The notes beneath the pieces are model-generated. The model was given only the letters and a program-made list of their open reading frames with translations, was not told the DNA's origin and ran no database searches. Of a stretch of 64,000 bases of DNA, positions 9,508-19,775 are shown piece after piece. Source of the DNA: an uncultured Candidatus Saccharibacteria bacterium (lineage in GTDB: Bacteria > Patescibacteriota > JAUYIX01 > CAYNWW01); contig CAYNWW010000004.1 in assembly GCA_964401055.1 (NCBI GenBank), forward strand, positions 13,390 to 77,389. Direction: 5' to 3'. The position numbers and the translations under genes are program-made. Within the stretch, counting starts at the first letter, position 1; each line of letters opens with the position of its first letter.

Positions 9508-10143
9508 TCAGCTGTGGGTAAACTGCTCATTTTTAATGAGATGTTTGGTCGAATTAAGCACGAGTGGAATCACCGTGCGATCCGCCGCAATATCCAATAT
9601 TGTGATCGCGGTGTTGTCGGGTTTGAATTGGTCATACGTGTCGCGCGTGATTTGTTTTTGTAACAATGTGAGCAAAAGCACGGTGATCACGCCGGCGTGA
9701 CTGAGAAGTAGGACGGAATCGTGGGATGCAAGATGGGTAGAAAATAGGCGAGATACAAACGGCGTGATGCGTGCCTGTAAATCCGCATAGGACTCGCCGC
9801 CTTCGGGGCGAAAAAGATGAAATGGCTCGGGAGACTGCTGCATGGCTTCTTTCCATGTCGCGCTTGGACCGCCTTCGTAGACGCCGAGATTGCGTTCTTG
9901 CAACAGCGGCTCGAACGTCACTGGCGTATCGCGGTGAAAGTGCGCGACTGTGCGCGTAGTGTCTGCGGCGCGTTGCAAGTCGCTTGAATAGATATGATCC
10001 AGGTGTTCGGATGCGAGTTGGCGTGCAAGCTGGCGCGCTTGGGCGAGGCCGGCATCGTTGAGATCGCCGCCGATTTTTTGCCCCATGCTGATTTTTGCGG
10101 CGTTTTGGTGCGTTTCGCCGTGACGCGTGATGATGAGTCTCAT
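9508..10143 (-). CDS. Histidine phosphatase (phosphoglycerate mutase-like) family protein
   Basis: 'RHGET...SSDLQRA...LQERNLG...GGES...SHAG'. Confidence 0.92.
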   Translation of the reverse strand: MRLIITRHGETHQNAAKISMGQKIGGDLNDAGLAQARQLARQLASEHLDHIYSSDLQRAADTTRTVAHFHRDTPVTFEPLLQERNLGVYEGGPSATWKEAMQQSPEPFHLFRPEGGESYADLQARITPFVSRLFSTHLASHDSVLLLSHAGVITVLLLTLLQKQITRDTYDQFKPDNTAITILDIAADRTVIPLVLNSTKHLIKNEQFTHS

Positions 10144-10189
10144 GAGTAGAGAATAACATGCCGCCCCGTGTTCATGGTAAAATAGGTGT

Positions 10190-11395
10190 ATGTTCCTCAC
10201 CTCTCTTGCCGCGCGCAATTTTCGTAATTATGCCGAGCTGGCGCTTGATTTTCATCAAGGGCCGGTCGTGTTTGTTGGGCGGAATTCGAGCGGGAAGACC
10301 AATGTGCTCGAGGCGATCAATCTGCTGAGTTTGGGGAAGTCGTTTCGCAAAGTGCCGGATAGCGAGTTGATTCGCTGGGGCGAAGACGGCGTGCAGGTGC
10401 GGGCGGAATTTGAGCGCGCGGATGAGAAGTTGGAGTTGGAGATGCGTGGTGCACGCACGGCGATTGCGGGTTCTGAGGGCGCGGGCGCTGCCGCGTTGAA
10501 AAAAGTATTTTTACTCAATGGTGCGCCGGCGCCGCTGGTAACTTTTCTGGGAAGCGTGATTGCGGTGGTATTTTCGCCGCAAGATGTGGAGCTGCTGAGC
10601 GCACCACCGGCTCTCCGAAGGCGTTTCCTTGACATGGTACTTTGCAAAACGTCGCGCGAATATTGCACGGCCGTGATTGAGTATCCAAAAATTCTTGCGC
10701 GGCGCAACAAGCTGCTTGCGTTTATTCGTGACGGACTTGCGCAAGAAGACGAGTTGGCGTTTTGGGATGAACGCGCGGCCGCGGCGGCTGCATGCATTGT
10801 CTCGGAGCGCGCAGAATTTATCGCGTGGATCAACGAGCGGATTTCGGATTTGTATATGCGTCTCGCCGATAATTCTATGCAGAAGAAAAAAATCGCCGTG
10901 CAATATCGTGCGCCGATTGATCTGAGCGCGTCGACGTCGCAAGATTTTACACAAGGATGCGCGGCGCGTGAATTCATCGCTCAAGCGATCCTCGCGCGAA
11001 TGCAACGCGATAGAAAGCGCGACGTCATCTTCGCAAGCACGCGCACCGGTCCGCATCGTGATGACGTGGTGGTGACGAGCGACGATCATGAGATCGCTAA
11101 TGTGGGTTCGCGCGGTGATCAGCGCGTGGCGGTGCTTGCGCTCAAGTTGTTGCAAAAAGAATTTCTTGCGCAACGCACCGAGACTTCGCCTGTGCTCCTG
11201 CTCGATGATGTATACTCGGAGTTGGATACTTTTCGCTGCACCGCACTCGCCGAGATGATGCAAGATTCCCAAGTGTTTATTACCACCACAAGCGCCAAGC
11301 TTGTTCCGCGCGAATTTCGCTCGGGCGCACAAATTTTTACTATCAAAGAAGGAGTTGCGAGCCATGCGTCCACCTCTGCAACCGCGAAAATATAG
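10190..11395 (+). CDS. recF: DNA replication and repair protein RecF
   Basis: 'NFRNY...GRNSSGKTNVLEA...RRRFLD...GPHRDD...SRGDQR...PVLLLDDVYSELD'. Confidence 0.97.
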   Translation: MFLTSLAARNFRNYAELALDFHQGPVVFVGRNSSGKTNVLEAINLLSLGKSFRKVPDSELIRWGEDGVQVRAEFERADEKLELEMRGARTAIAGSEGAGAAALKKVFLLNGAPAPLVTFLGSVIAVVFSPQDVELLSAPPALRRRFLDMVLCKTSREYCTAVIEYPKILARRNKLLAFIRDGLAQEDELAFWDERAAAAAACIVSERAEFIAWINERISDLYMRLADNSMQKKKIAVQYRAPIDLSASTSQDFTQGCAAREFIAQAILARMQRDRKRDVIFASTRTGPHRDDVVVTSDDHEIANVGSRGDQRVAVLALKLLQKEFLAQRTETSPVLLLDDVYSELDTFRCTALAEMMQDSQVFITTTSAKLVPREFRSGAQIFTIKEGVASHASTSATAKI

Positions 11396-11870
11396 CCCGC
11401 AGCCGCGAGTTCCGCGCATTGGCGGCGGCGGAAATGGAGACCTGCGCTCGCTTGGCGACGTGCTCGGTCAGCGGATTGGTTTGAGTCGGGCGGCTTCGCC
11501 GCTTGCGGCATTTGGCATTGGCAATGAAGCCCAAGCCGCATTTGTGTGCGCACAATACAATCAACTCCTCCGCGAGACCTGTGGTGCGCGCTTTGCTGAT
11601 CATGCGCGCGCAGTCACCTATCGCGTGCGGGAGCATGATCTGGTGGTGGAGGTGATGGGCGGCACCATCTGGGCGACCGAACTGCGGTTGCGCGAAACGG
11701 CAGTGCTCGAAGCGTATCATCGGAAACATACCGCGAGTGGGTTGCGCATCGCGCGTGTGCGGTATGTGGCGGCGCGGCCAGAAGAGCAAGAAATCGAACC
11801 ACCGGCACCGACGGTGGCGGAACAACAGGCAGAAGAACATGAACAGCTGCCCGCAGATATGTTAGAATAA
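11364..11870 (+). CDS. DciA/DUF721-family helicase-loader-like protein
   Basis: 'SLGDVL...ADHARAV...LVVEV...WATELRLRETAVLE...IARVRY' matches the DUF721 pattern. Position after recF is typical; AAGGAG SD present. Confidence 0.7.
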   Translation: MRPPLQPRKYSPQPRVPRIGGGGNGDLRSLGDVLGQRIGLSRAASPLAAFGIGNEAQAAFVCAQYNQLLRETCGARFADHARAVTYRVREHDLVVEVMGGTIWATELRLRETAVLEAYHRKHTASGLRIARVRYVAARPEEQEIEPPAPTVAEQQAEEHEQLPADMLE

Positions 11871-11877
11871 TAATATT

Positions 11878-13353
11878 ATGTCAGAACGACCCGGCGCCGG
11901 AGATTTTTCAGAAAAAAATTTTTCTCCGGATGCGAAAAAAAATACACAAGAAAAAAATCCGGAGCGCTTTGAGCGGCGCGAAGAATTCGGCCGCGTTGTG
12001 GCGGTGTCCCGGACCGAAAGGGGCGCGTATCATGCAGAGCGCCAAACTGGCAATGAGGACGCGATCCACGTCGACGCGCGTATTGGTTTTGCCGCGGTAT
12101 ATGACGGGATGGGCGGCCACGGGCATGGCGGCGAGGCGTCTTTTGAGGCAAACCAACTTACAAAAAAATCCTTGTTGCGATTTTTGCGGCCGCAGGCATT
12201 TTCTCCTGAAGAAATTGGCCACGAACTCGAGAGTATGATCAAGTCGGCAAATAGTCATCTCAATAAGCGAAGGAAAGAATTGAACTACGCCGATGACGCT
12301 CTTCGATCCACGGCGGTGCTGGCGAAATTGTGGCAAAGTCCTGAAGGCGCCTACAAAGCAATCGTCGCTTATGCTGGTGATAGTCGCGCATATGTCAGAA
12401 AGAAATCGGGCGAGACAATTCTTGTCACTGCCGACCATTTGGGCATTCGTTCGGCGATTGACGACATGCTGAGCGACAATAAGGTCGCGCAAAAAATATC
12501 AGATTCGGATTATCTTAAAGTTTTATTATATCTTGATCGCCTGGAGCGTCCGGAAAAAATGGAAAAAATCGCGCTTGGGCATTTGAACCTGAGTCCAGGC
12601 GTGGAAAAACATCGCGTAAGCATTGAAAAAATGCTGCCGCTCGCATTGCGGTTTGTGGGCGGACCCAATAAGGGTTTGGGACTTGCGCCGGAGATCGAGC
12701 CGGACGTTCGGATTGTTGATTTGGAGCCGGGAGATGTGCTTATGCTTGCCACTGATGGGGTGTATAAACCACTCGCACCTGAAGAATTAGGTGACGCGCT
12801 TGGAACTCAGGTTGATACGCAAGCTGTGTATGATCGGATTCGAGGCAAGACAAAAGACGACGCAACGATTGGCGTGTTGGCTGTGCGCTCACCGGAGACA
12901 CTTGCAACGCCAGCGAAAAAATCAATCGACTCGGCGCGGCCGTCGCAAGGTATAGTTGGGAAAAGAGGACCGCTTGATCTGGGTGGAATTCGTCAACAAG
13001 TGGATCAAATGCGGATGCGCGAATTGCCGCTATTGCAGCGAGAGCGGAAATTTGAGCAGCAGCCCGAAAAAAACTATTGGCTGGACATGGATTTGGCGTA
13101 TCTTGTTCGCCGATATCCAGGCGAGAAAAATCTTGCAAAGCGCGTTGAGGATTTTCGCGAGTCGGTGTTGTCGCGTTCAAAAATTCACGACGCAAACGAG
13201 ATCGTACCTGAGCATCCGGATCGCGATGAGGTCAATGAGTATGTGCGTGATGGTCAGATGCCGTATGAGGTGGTGTGGGATATTATTCAGCAAGATTTGG
13301 ATAACGAGCGCAAGCTACAGAAATACTTGCGCAGGATAAAAAGAGAGGGTTAG
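11878..13353 (+). CDS. PP2C/PPM-family Ser/Thr protein phosphatase with a C-terminal extension
   Basis: 'NEDA...VYDGMGGH..GGEAS...AGDSRAY...DH...LATDGV...DDAT'. Confidence 0.88.
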   Translation: MSERPGAGDFSEKNFSPDAKKNTQEKNPERFERREEFGRVVAVSRTERGAYHAERQTGNEDAIHVDARIGFAAVYDGMGGHGHGGEASFEANQLTKKSLLRFLRPQAFSPEEIGHELESMIKSANSHLNKRRKELNYADDALRSTAVLAKLWQSPEGAYKAIVAYAGDSRAYVRKKSGETILVTADHLGIRSAIDDMLSDNKVAQKISDSDYLKVLLYLDRLERPEKMEKIALGHLNLSPGVEKHRVSIEKMLPLALRFVGGPNKGLGLAPEIEPDVRIVDLEPGDVLMLATDGVYKPLAPEELGDALGTQVDTQAVYDRIRGKTKDDATIGVLAVRSPETLATPAKKSIDSARPSQGIVGKRGPLDLGGIRQQVDQMRMRELPLLQRERKFEQQPEKNYWLDMDLAYLVRRYPGEKNLAKRVEDFRESVLSRSKIHDANEIVPEHPDRDEVNEYVRDGQMPYEVVWDIIQQDLDNERKLQKYLRRIKREG

Positions 13354-13367
13354 TAGTGCCGAGCAGC

Positions 13368-13832
13368 CTACGCCACTTGGCATTGTGCGCATAGCAGCTT
13401 CATCGGCTGCGCCAGCAGCAGTTCTTCCGCGATCACTTCCCGCAGGTTGATTGTCTGATCAGCGTCCGCGCTCGTGGCCTCGATAAGGAGTGATCCCTCC
13501 GCTTCGTCTTCAACCGTGTCCCAATTCACCGGTCGCACGCAGGCGCGTTGTGTTTCGATATCGGCGTGTCCTTGGCCGCGTTGGCCGCACGAGTCGCAGG
13601 TAAATTCGTAAGTAATGGTTGCTTCGAGGCTGAGCTCGAGATCGCGCGGTGCGCGAGTAAGCTGGAGTGCCAGGTGTGTGTCACCGTATGGGGAGATGCG
13701 AAGAGCTTCGCTGCCCATCAGGACGCGCTCATCAAGGACGACGCGTACATCTGCCTCTTGTATGGCGCCGAGTTCACGCGCCAAGATTGATTTGACGGAA
13801 AAATGAAGCGAGTCAGTGGGTGTGTGAGGCAT
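13368..13832 (-). CDS. YceD/DUF177 family protein
   Basis: 'CDSC...INLREVIAEELLLAQPMKLLCAQC'. Confidence 0.75.
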   Translation of the reverse strand: MPHTPTDSLHFSVKSILARELGAIQEADVRVVLDERVLMGSEALRISPYGDTHLALQLTRAPRDLELSLEATITYEFTCDSCGQRGQGHADIETQRACVRPVNWDTVEDEAEGSLLIEATSADADQTINLREVIAEELLLAQPMKLLCAQCQVA

Positions 13833-16690
13833 TATTGGACAATCAGTGTGGTGGTGTTGCTTCGATATACGGTACCGTCAGTTTCGGTTGCTGTTGCGTA
13901 CATGCCATATGAGCCTGGCACTAGGGGTGCCGTCCATGTCGCGCTGTAGCGCCCATCAGCACTTGGGGTAGTGACGCTGCCGATTGCAGTTGAGTTGCCT
14001 GTCGCGGCATCTGTGTAAAAGAAGGTGATGCTGCCAAATGCCGTCATGTTACTAATGATCGCACTTGTGGTATATGCGGTACCCGGCGCGACAGTATCCG
14101 TGCCGCCGGGCGCAGTCATGCTCACTGTCGGACTTGCATGCGCAATGTTGAGCTTGACCGTGATCGTAGTATCACCGATATTTTGCGCAAGATCGGTTAC
14201 GCGCACGCGCAATTTGTGAAATCCATTGCTTGCCGCACTCGCGTCATATGTTGCTGCATACGGCCCCGTCTTATCTGTTGCAAAAATAGTGCTGTCAAAG
14301 AAAAACTCTGCTTTTTGGATGCCGAGAGGCGCTTTGATTGTGGCAATCACCGGAATAGAAGCGTCCGTTATTGTTGTGCCGTCGGCCGGTGCTGTAATGG
14401 TTACAATTGGCCAGTTTTCTTTATTATGATCGGTATCGGTTTCAGTTGGAGCTTGATCCACGGTCTGACCATTTTTCTGAGCCCAAGCAATGACGGGAGT
14501 TTCAAAATTTTTAAACAATGGATCTTTTTCCGGATGTTGTGGCGGCGGACCGCTCAGGTTGGAACGGTCGATATAAAACAGTTCACCATGTACTTCTTTG
14601 TACGTTTTGGTCACCAATAAATCCGGCGGACAGGCAGCGGTTGCAAGTTTCATGGATGGACGGCAGAGCTTGATTTCTTTATCAGGAAGCTGCGCTCCGG
14701 CGACATAGGGATTTGATTTTGATGTCATTGGCGTTGCTTTGGCAAACTGTTCAACCGGCATATCTTTAAGTACGTCTTCCATAAACTGGCGCCAGATAGG
14801 CGCGGCCACAATTGAGCCGTCTGCGCCTGTGCGCATTTTTGTGCCGTTTGTATTGCCCGCCCAGACGCCGGCAGAAAGATTGGGTGCAAAGCCGACCGTC
14901 CATGCATCTTTGAAATCATTGGTGGTGCCGGTTTTGACTGCTGCCGGGCGCGACAATTTTAGTGCACTGTTGGAGCCAAATGTGGGTGCGCGTAACGAGT
15001 TGTCTGACAAAATCGAGTTGATGGTATTGGCGACATTGGCGTCGAGGACTTGATCAAACTTAGTTGGATCGTGTTGCTCGAGCACTTTACCTTTGGCATC
15101 AACTACCTTTAGAATGCCCGTTTTTTGTACTTTTTTGCCCTGGTTTGCAAATACACCAAATGCGCCGACGTGATCGACGAGTTTGACCGGCGAGGCGCCG
15201 ATTGCGGTTGATAACCCATAAGTAGCCCCTTCTTTGAGCTCTTCGTTGCCCATAGCACGCGCAGTCGCGGCCGCATTTTCCGGTCCGACGAGATAGCCGA
15301 CTTTGACCGCAGGGATGTTGAGCGACATCGGGAGAGCTTGCTTGAGTTTGAGCGGGCCATGCTGGGATTTGTCGTAGTTGTACGGCTTGTATCCATGACC
15401 AAAATCTGTGTCCAAATCATACACAATGGTATCCGGCGTCAGGCCTTTTGCGAATGCGGTGGCATAAACGTACGGTTTAAACGATGATCCGGGCTGGAGC
15501 GGTCGCGCAGCTGCGTTGACGTTGCCTTGTGCTTTGGTATTAAAATAGTCCACCGAGCCAACCATAGCGAGGATTTCGCCGGTTTTTGGGTCCACGGCTG
15601 CAAGTGCAGCATTGTCCCCGCCGTGTTTTTTTACCTTGTCGATATTGTCCGAAATCGCCTTTTCCGCTTTGAGTTGGATGTTGTAATCAAGAGTGGAAAT
15701 GATTTTCAGTCCATCTTGTTCCAGCGTTTTACTACCATAGGTGTCCTCAAGCTGCTCTCTGAGATAAAACACAAAGTGTGGTGCGATGATGCCGGCATCG
15801 TTGCGGTCGGAATAGTGCAATTCTTCCGCGCGTGCGGTTTCGGCTTGGTCGTGTGTGATGTATTTTTGCTCCTCCAGTCGGTCGATGACTGATTGTTGGC
15901 GCGCTTTGAGGTCGTCGGTGTGCGTGCCGTAGGGAGAATAATACGTTGGCGCATTGGGTAGCGAGGCGAGCAGTGCGGCTTCGGCCACGGTCAAATCTTT
16001 TGGCTGCTTATTGAAAAATGTTTCCGCCGCGGCTTGGAGGCCGTATGCGTTGGAGCCGTAGGGGATTTCATTCAAGTACAGCTCAAGTATTTGATCTTTG
16101 GAGAATTTGCGCTCAATTTCTAGCGCCAGAATGATTTCTTTGATTTTGCGGTCATAGCTTTTTTCTGAGGTGAGGATGGATTTTTTGACTAACTGTTGTG
16201 TGATCGTCGATCCACCTTGCGCTTTGCGGTGCTGGATGACATCGACATAGACCGATCGTGCGATGCCGATGAGTGAGATGCCTTTGTGGGTGTAAAAATC
16301 TTTGTCTTCAATGGCAACGCTCGCATTTTTCACATAAGACGGAAGGTCTTTGATGCTGATGCGGGTGCGATTTTGGTCACCGTGAATTTCGTACAGGACG
16401 ATTTTGCCGGTTCGGTCGTAGATTTTGGTGGTTTCGGCGACGTGACGGTCGATGAGTTTTTGCGGGTCAGGCAGGTCTTTGACATAATACGCAAATGCCA
16501 CGCCGGCACCGATAATGCCCGTGAGAAACAGGATTGCCGCAATGACCGCGATGATTTTCCAGATGTTGCGACGGCGTTCTTTTTTGGATTTTTTTGGCTT
16601 TGCGGTGGTTTCTGGCCCGCTTTTCTCGAGTTCTTTTTCAGGTGCCTCCTTGGACTTGGACGACGATCGCGGGGAAGTCGACTTTGGCAT
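13832..16690 (-). CDS. Class A penicillin-binding protein (PBP1A family) with C-terminal Ig-like domains
   Basis: Transglycosylase motifs 'EDKDFYTHKG', 'QGGSTITQQLVK', 'YLNEI'. Transpeptidase motifs 'PGSSFKP', 'SLN', 'KTGTT'. Thr-rich Ig-like tail. Confidence 0.96.
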   Translation of the reverse strand: MPKSTSPRSSSKSKEAPEKELEKSGPETTAKPKKSKKERRRNIWKIIAVIAAILFLTGIIGAGVAFAYYVKDLPDPQKLIDRHVAETTKIYDRTGKIVLYEIHGDQNRTRISIKDLPSYVKNASVAIEDKDFYTHKGISLIGIARSVYVDVIQHRKAQGGSTITQQLVKKSILTSEKSYDRKIKEIILALEIERKFSKDQILELYLNEIPYGSNAYGLQAAAETFFNKQPKDLTVAEAALLASLPNAPTYYSPYGTHTDDLKARQQSVIDRLEEQKYITHDQAETARAEELHYSDRNDAGIIAPHFVFYLREQLEDTYGSKTLEQDGLKIISTLDYNIQLKAEKAISDNIDKVKKHGGDNAALAAVDPKTGEILAMVGSVDYFNTKAQGNVNAAARPLQPGSSFKPYVYATAFAKGLTPDTIVYDLDTDFGHGYKPYNYDKSQHGPLKLKQALPMSLNIPAVKVGYLVGPENAAATARAMGNEELKEGATYGLSTAIGASPVKLVDHVGAFGVFANQGKKVQKTGILKVVDAKGKVLEQHDPTKFDQVLDANVANTINSILSDNSLRAPTFGSNSALKLSRPAAVKTGTTNDFKDAWTVGFAPNLSAGVWAGNTNGTKMRTGADGSIVAAPIWRQFMEDVLKDMPVEQFAKATPMTSKSNPYVAGAQLPDKEIKLCRPSMKLATAACPPDLLVTKTYKEVHGELFYIDRSNLSGPPPQHPEKDPLFKNFETPVIAWAQKNGQTVDQAPTETDTDHNKENWPIVTITAPADGTTITDASIPVIATIKAPLGIQKAEFFFDSTIFATDKTGPYAATYDASAASNGFHKLRVRVTDLAQNIGDTTITVKLNIAHASPTVSMTAPGGTDTVAPGTAYTTSAIISNMTAFGSITFFYTDAATGNSTAIGSVTTPSADGRYSATWTAPLVPGSYGMYATATETDGTVYRSNTTTLIVQ

Positions 16691-16868
16691 AGGTGTGAGT
16701 ACGAAAAAAGATGAGAAAATAACTTGTGAACGCTCGCCGCCGCGCACATCTTTTCGCTTATTTCAGCAAAAAAAGAGCCGCTTTTGGTAGCTCTATGGTA
16801 GCACGGCGCGTGGTTTTTTTCAAGGAAATGTTTGCCTCGGTTGGGCGGGGTCTGCTATGCTAAATTAT

Positions 16869-18077
16869 ATGAAAAATTCTGCACAAGAACAGGCAATTCG
16901 CGAATTATTGACGCGTGGCGTCGAGCAAGTCGTGCCGATGGGTGAGCTGGAAAAGCGTTTGGTGAGCGGCAGTGACGGCCGTCCGTTGCGCATTAAGCAC
17001 GGCGTGGATCCGACCGGGCCGCGGTTGCATATTGGTCGCGCGATCACGCTGTGGAAGCTGCGCGCATTTCAGGAGCTCGGGCACCAGATCGTCTTGATCG
17101 TGGGGGATTTTACCGCCACGATTGGCGACGCGTCGGACAAGCAAGCCATGCGCCAGCCGTTGACCCATGCGCAAGTCGAGGAAAATATGCGCGCGTACCG
17201 CGAGCAATTTGGCAAAATCCTCGATATGTCGCGCGTTGAATTTCGCTACAACAGCGAATGGTTGGCGCCGCTGGGGTTTGCAAAATTGGTAGAATTGACG
17301 CAGCTGTTTACGGTGGCGCAACTGGTGGAGCGGGAAAATTTTTGGCAGCGGTTTCAGGAAAAAAAGCCGATTGGCTTGCACGAATTTTTGTACCCGCTCA
17401 TGCAGGGTTATGATTCGGTGGCGATTAAGGCGGATGTGGAGATTGGCGGGACGGATCAGCTGTTCAACATGATGGCCGGTCGCAAGCTGCAAGAAGCGCA
17501 TGGGATGCCCGCGCAAGACGTGATGACGGTGCAAATGCTGAGCGGACTTGATGGTCGCAAAATGAGCACGAGCTGGGGAAATTGTACGTATATCATGGAT
17601 TCGCCGACGGAAAAATTTGGAAAAATCATGTCGATGCGCGACGAGTCGATTGTCGAATATTTTACGCTGGCGACTGATGTGTCGGCCGCACGAGTTGCTG
17701 ATGTGAAGGCGGCGCTTGCAGGCGGTGGCGTGAATCCGCGCGATCTTAAGGCTGATCTTGCGTGGGAAGTGGTGCGTCGATATGATGGCGCTTCCGCGGC
17801 TGATGCGGCTCGTGCCGAGTTTGAACAAGTTTTTTCACGCGGGGGCGTGCCCGATGATGTGACTGTGGTTACTCTTGGTGTTGGCGTGATCGGCGTGATC
17901 GATATGCTCGTGGCGACCGATCTCGCGCCGAGTCGCGGTGAAGCTAAGCGATTGGTAATACAAGGCGCGGTGAGCGTAGATGATGCGGTGGTGACGGATA
18001 TCGGCGCGCATGTGGAATTGGCAAGCGAGCGCTTGGTCAAAGTGGGTAAACGACGATTTATCAAAATAAAAAAATAA
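16869..18077 (+). CDS. tyrS: Tyrosine--tRNA ligase
   Basis: 'GVDPTGPRLHIG', 'YPLMQGYD', 'GGTDQLFN', 'KMSTS' and a C-terminal S4 domain. Confidence 0.98.
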   Translation: MKNSAQEQAIRELLTRGVEQVVPMGELEKRLVSGSDGRPLRIKHGVDPTGPRLHIGRAITLWKLRAFQELGHQIVLIVGDFTATIGDASDKQAMRQPLTHAQVEENMRAYREQFGKILDMSRVEFRYNSEWLAPLGFAKLVELTQLFTVAQLVERENFWQRFQEKKPIGLHEFLYPLMQGYDSVAIKADVEIGGTDQLFNMMAGRKLQEAHGMPAQDVMTVQMLSGLDGRKMSTSWGNCTYIMDSPTEKFGKIMSMRDESIVEYFTLATDVSAARVADVKAALAGGGVNPRDLKADLAWEVVRRYDGASAADAARAEFEQVFSRGGVPDDVTVVTLGVGVIGVIDMLVATDLAPSRGEAKRLVIQGAVSVDDAVVTDIGAHVELASERLVKVGKRRFIKIKK

Positions 18078-18081
18078 GAGT

Positions 18082-19281
18082 ATGGACATGAATATGCCGC
18101 AGCCCGAGCAGCCACAACAAAAAAGTGTGTGGCATCGGATTCCGTCGGCTCCACTGTTGGCGTTGCTGATGTTGGTAATTTTAGCGTTGACCGCGCTGAT
18201 TTCCGGCGGATTGGTGTATCTCTGGGAAGAGCAAAAGCACGGCGCACCCGTTGTTGTGCATCCGGTGTCCACAGTGACATCAACGCCGATTAAAAAATTA
18301 TCCGATTCAGTGCTGTTGTATTCTGAAGAAATTTCTTCGACTTCAAGCGGCGATCGTAATTATCCGACGATTCGTATTATGAAGCACGTGGGCGCCGCAC
18401 CGGCCGAAGAGTTGGTGCGCGTGGGAAAAGTCGGCGAATATCCGATGAATTTTCTTGTAAGTCCGGATAAAAACACGCTTGCCATTAATCTCGAGACGAA
18501 AGTGCAGTTGCTGGATTTAGAGACGAAAAAGCTGACCAATCTCGTGTCCGGCGCATCTTCTGTGCAAGGACTTGTGTTTTCTCCTGATGGGAAAAAGTTA
18601 TTGTTTGTCGATCGAGCGACAATAAAGACAGCAACACTTTCAACAAAATCCATTGACAGCATTACAACTGTTGATACTGACATATCTCTTTTTCCGTTAT
18701 TTTGGAGATCCGATGACGTGGTGTTTTTTGAAAGAGGCCTTGGTGAAATTGGCGAGGGAAAATATTTGGACTTGAAAACAAAAAAGCTTGTTGATGCTCC
18801 GGGTAAAATGGAGTACCGTGCGTTTAATGCGTCGGGTTCAGTTGCTGCCGTCGTAAAGAATACATCCAAGGATGTCTGTAACGAATTTTTCGGATCTACG
18901 CCCAGCGAATATTCGATCGTTGATCCGGTGACCGGTCAAGAATCCTGGAGTTTTGGTCGTACGGGTGAGCGAGTGTATCCACTGGGAATTTTCTCTGATG
19001 GGACAAGGGTGCTCTTTGCGAGCGAAAAAATTCCGGCGAAATATGGTGATTGTAGTACGGTAGCTGGCCGCACGTACTACGTATTCAGCAAAGACGAAGA
19101 ACAGGGGGAGTCAGGTGATCCGATTGGTCTTGCGCGCGAGTGGGATTTGCATCAAGTCGGCGTGACATATAATGTGACTGCAAAAAAATCTGAAATCATC
19201 GTGGATCTTGGCAATGGCGCGACCGAAGATCTCGCAGCTGGCAGCAAAACCGTGCGCGTGATTGACCAATTTTACAAATAG
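18082..19281 (+). CDS. Membrane-anchored beta-propeller (TolB/WD40-like) protein
   Basis: Single N-terminal TM; blade motifs 'VSPDKNTLA', 'FSPDGKKLLF', 'FSDGTRVLF'. Confidence 0.7.
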   Translation: MDMNMPQPEQPQQKSVWHRIPSAPLLALLMLVILALTALISGGLVYLWEEQKHGAPVVVHPVSTVTSTPIKKLSDSVLLYSEEISSTSSGDRNYPTIRIMKHVGAAPAEELVRVGKVGEYPMNFLVSPDKNTLAINLETKVQLLDLETKKLTNLVSGASSVQGLVFSPDGKKLLFVDRATIKTATLSTKSIDSITTVDTDISLFPLFWRSDDVVFFERGLGEIGEGKYLDLKTKKLVDAPGKMEYRAFNASGSVAAVVKNTSKDVCNEFFGSTPSEYSIVDPVTGQESWSFGRTGERVYPLGIFSDGTRVLFASEKIPAKYGDCSTVAGRTYYVFSKDEEQGESGDPIGLAREWDLHQVGVTYNVTAKKSEIIVDLGNGATEDLAAGSKTVRVIDQFYK

Positions 19282-19353
19282 AATTGCGAGTATAATTAGT
19301 TGCATGTTTTGTCTTTTTGCGCTATGATTTGCCTTCGATTGAGGAGGTGGGTT

Positions 19354-19752
19354 ATGGATTGGGAAGAAATAAGAAGATCAACAAAAACGCCTCTCGAATT
19401 GCATATTGAGGAGCTAAAAAAGCTGGGGCTGATCGTTCAGCCGCCCAATTTAGAAGCTGCGCTAGGTGTTTTGCGATATATTGCAGCCGATGAGCTTTAT
19501 TATCAACCCGAGACGTATCCGTTGCATCTTATTCATTCATCTCGAGAGGACCGCGTGCGGGAGGTGCAGGAGTGGCATAGACAATATGTTAATACACACG
19601 TTTTTTATCAAGGAAAAATCTACGTGTGTGAATACGTCTGCCCGCGCGTACTGACGCAGGACGGGTGGATTGGGTTTTTACGAAAGCTTGATCCAAAAAA
19701 ACGCGGAGGCGTCCTTGCTGATATGAGGCATGTCACAATTGCCCCGTGCTAA
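19354..19752 (+). CDS. Hypothetical protein
   Basis: GAGGAGGT SD before the ATG at 19354; no motif recognised. Confidence 0.65.
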   Translation: MDWEEIRRSTKTPLELHIEELKKLGLIVQPPNLEAALGVLRYIAADELYYQPETYPLHLIHSSREDRVREVQEWHRQYVNTHVFYQGKIYVCEYVCPRVLTQDGWIGFLRKLDPKKRGGVLADMRHVTIAPC

Positions 19753-19775
19753 TCGCAGAGTAAGTGCTGCGATTT

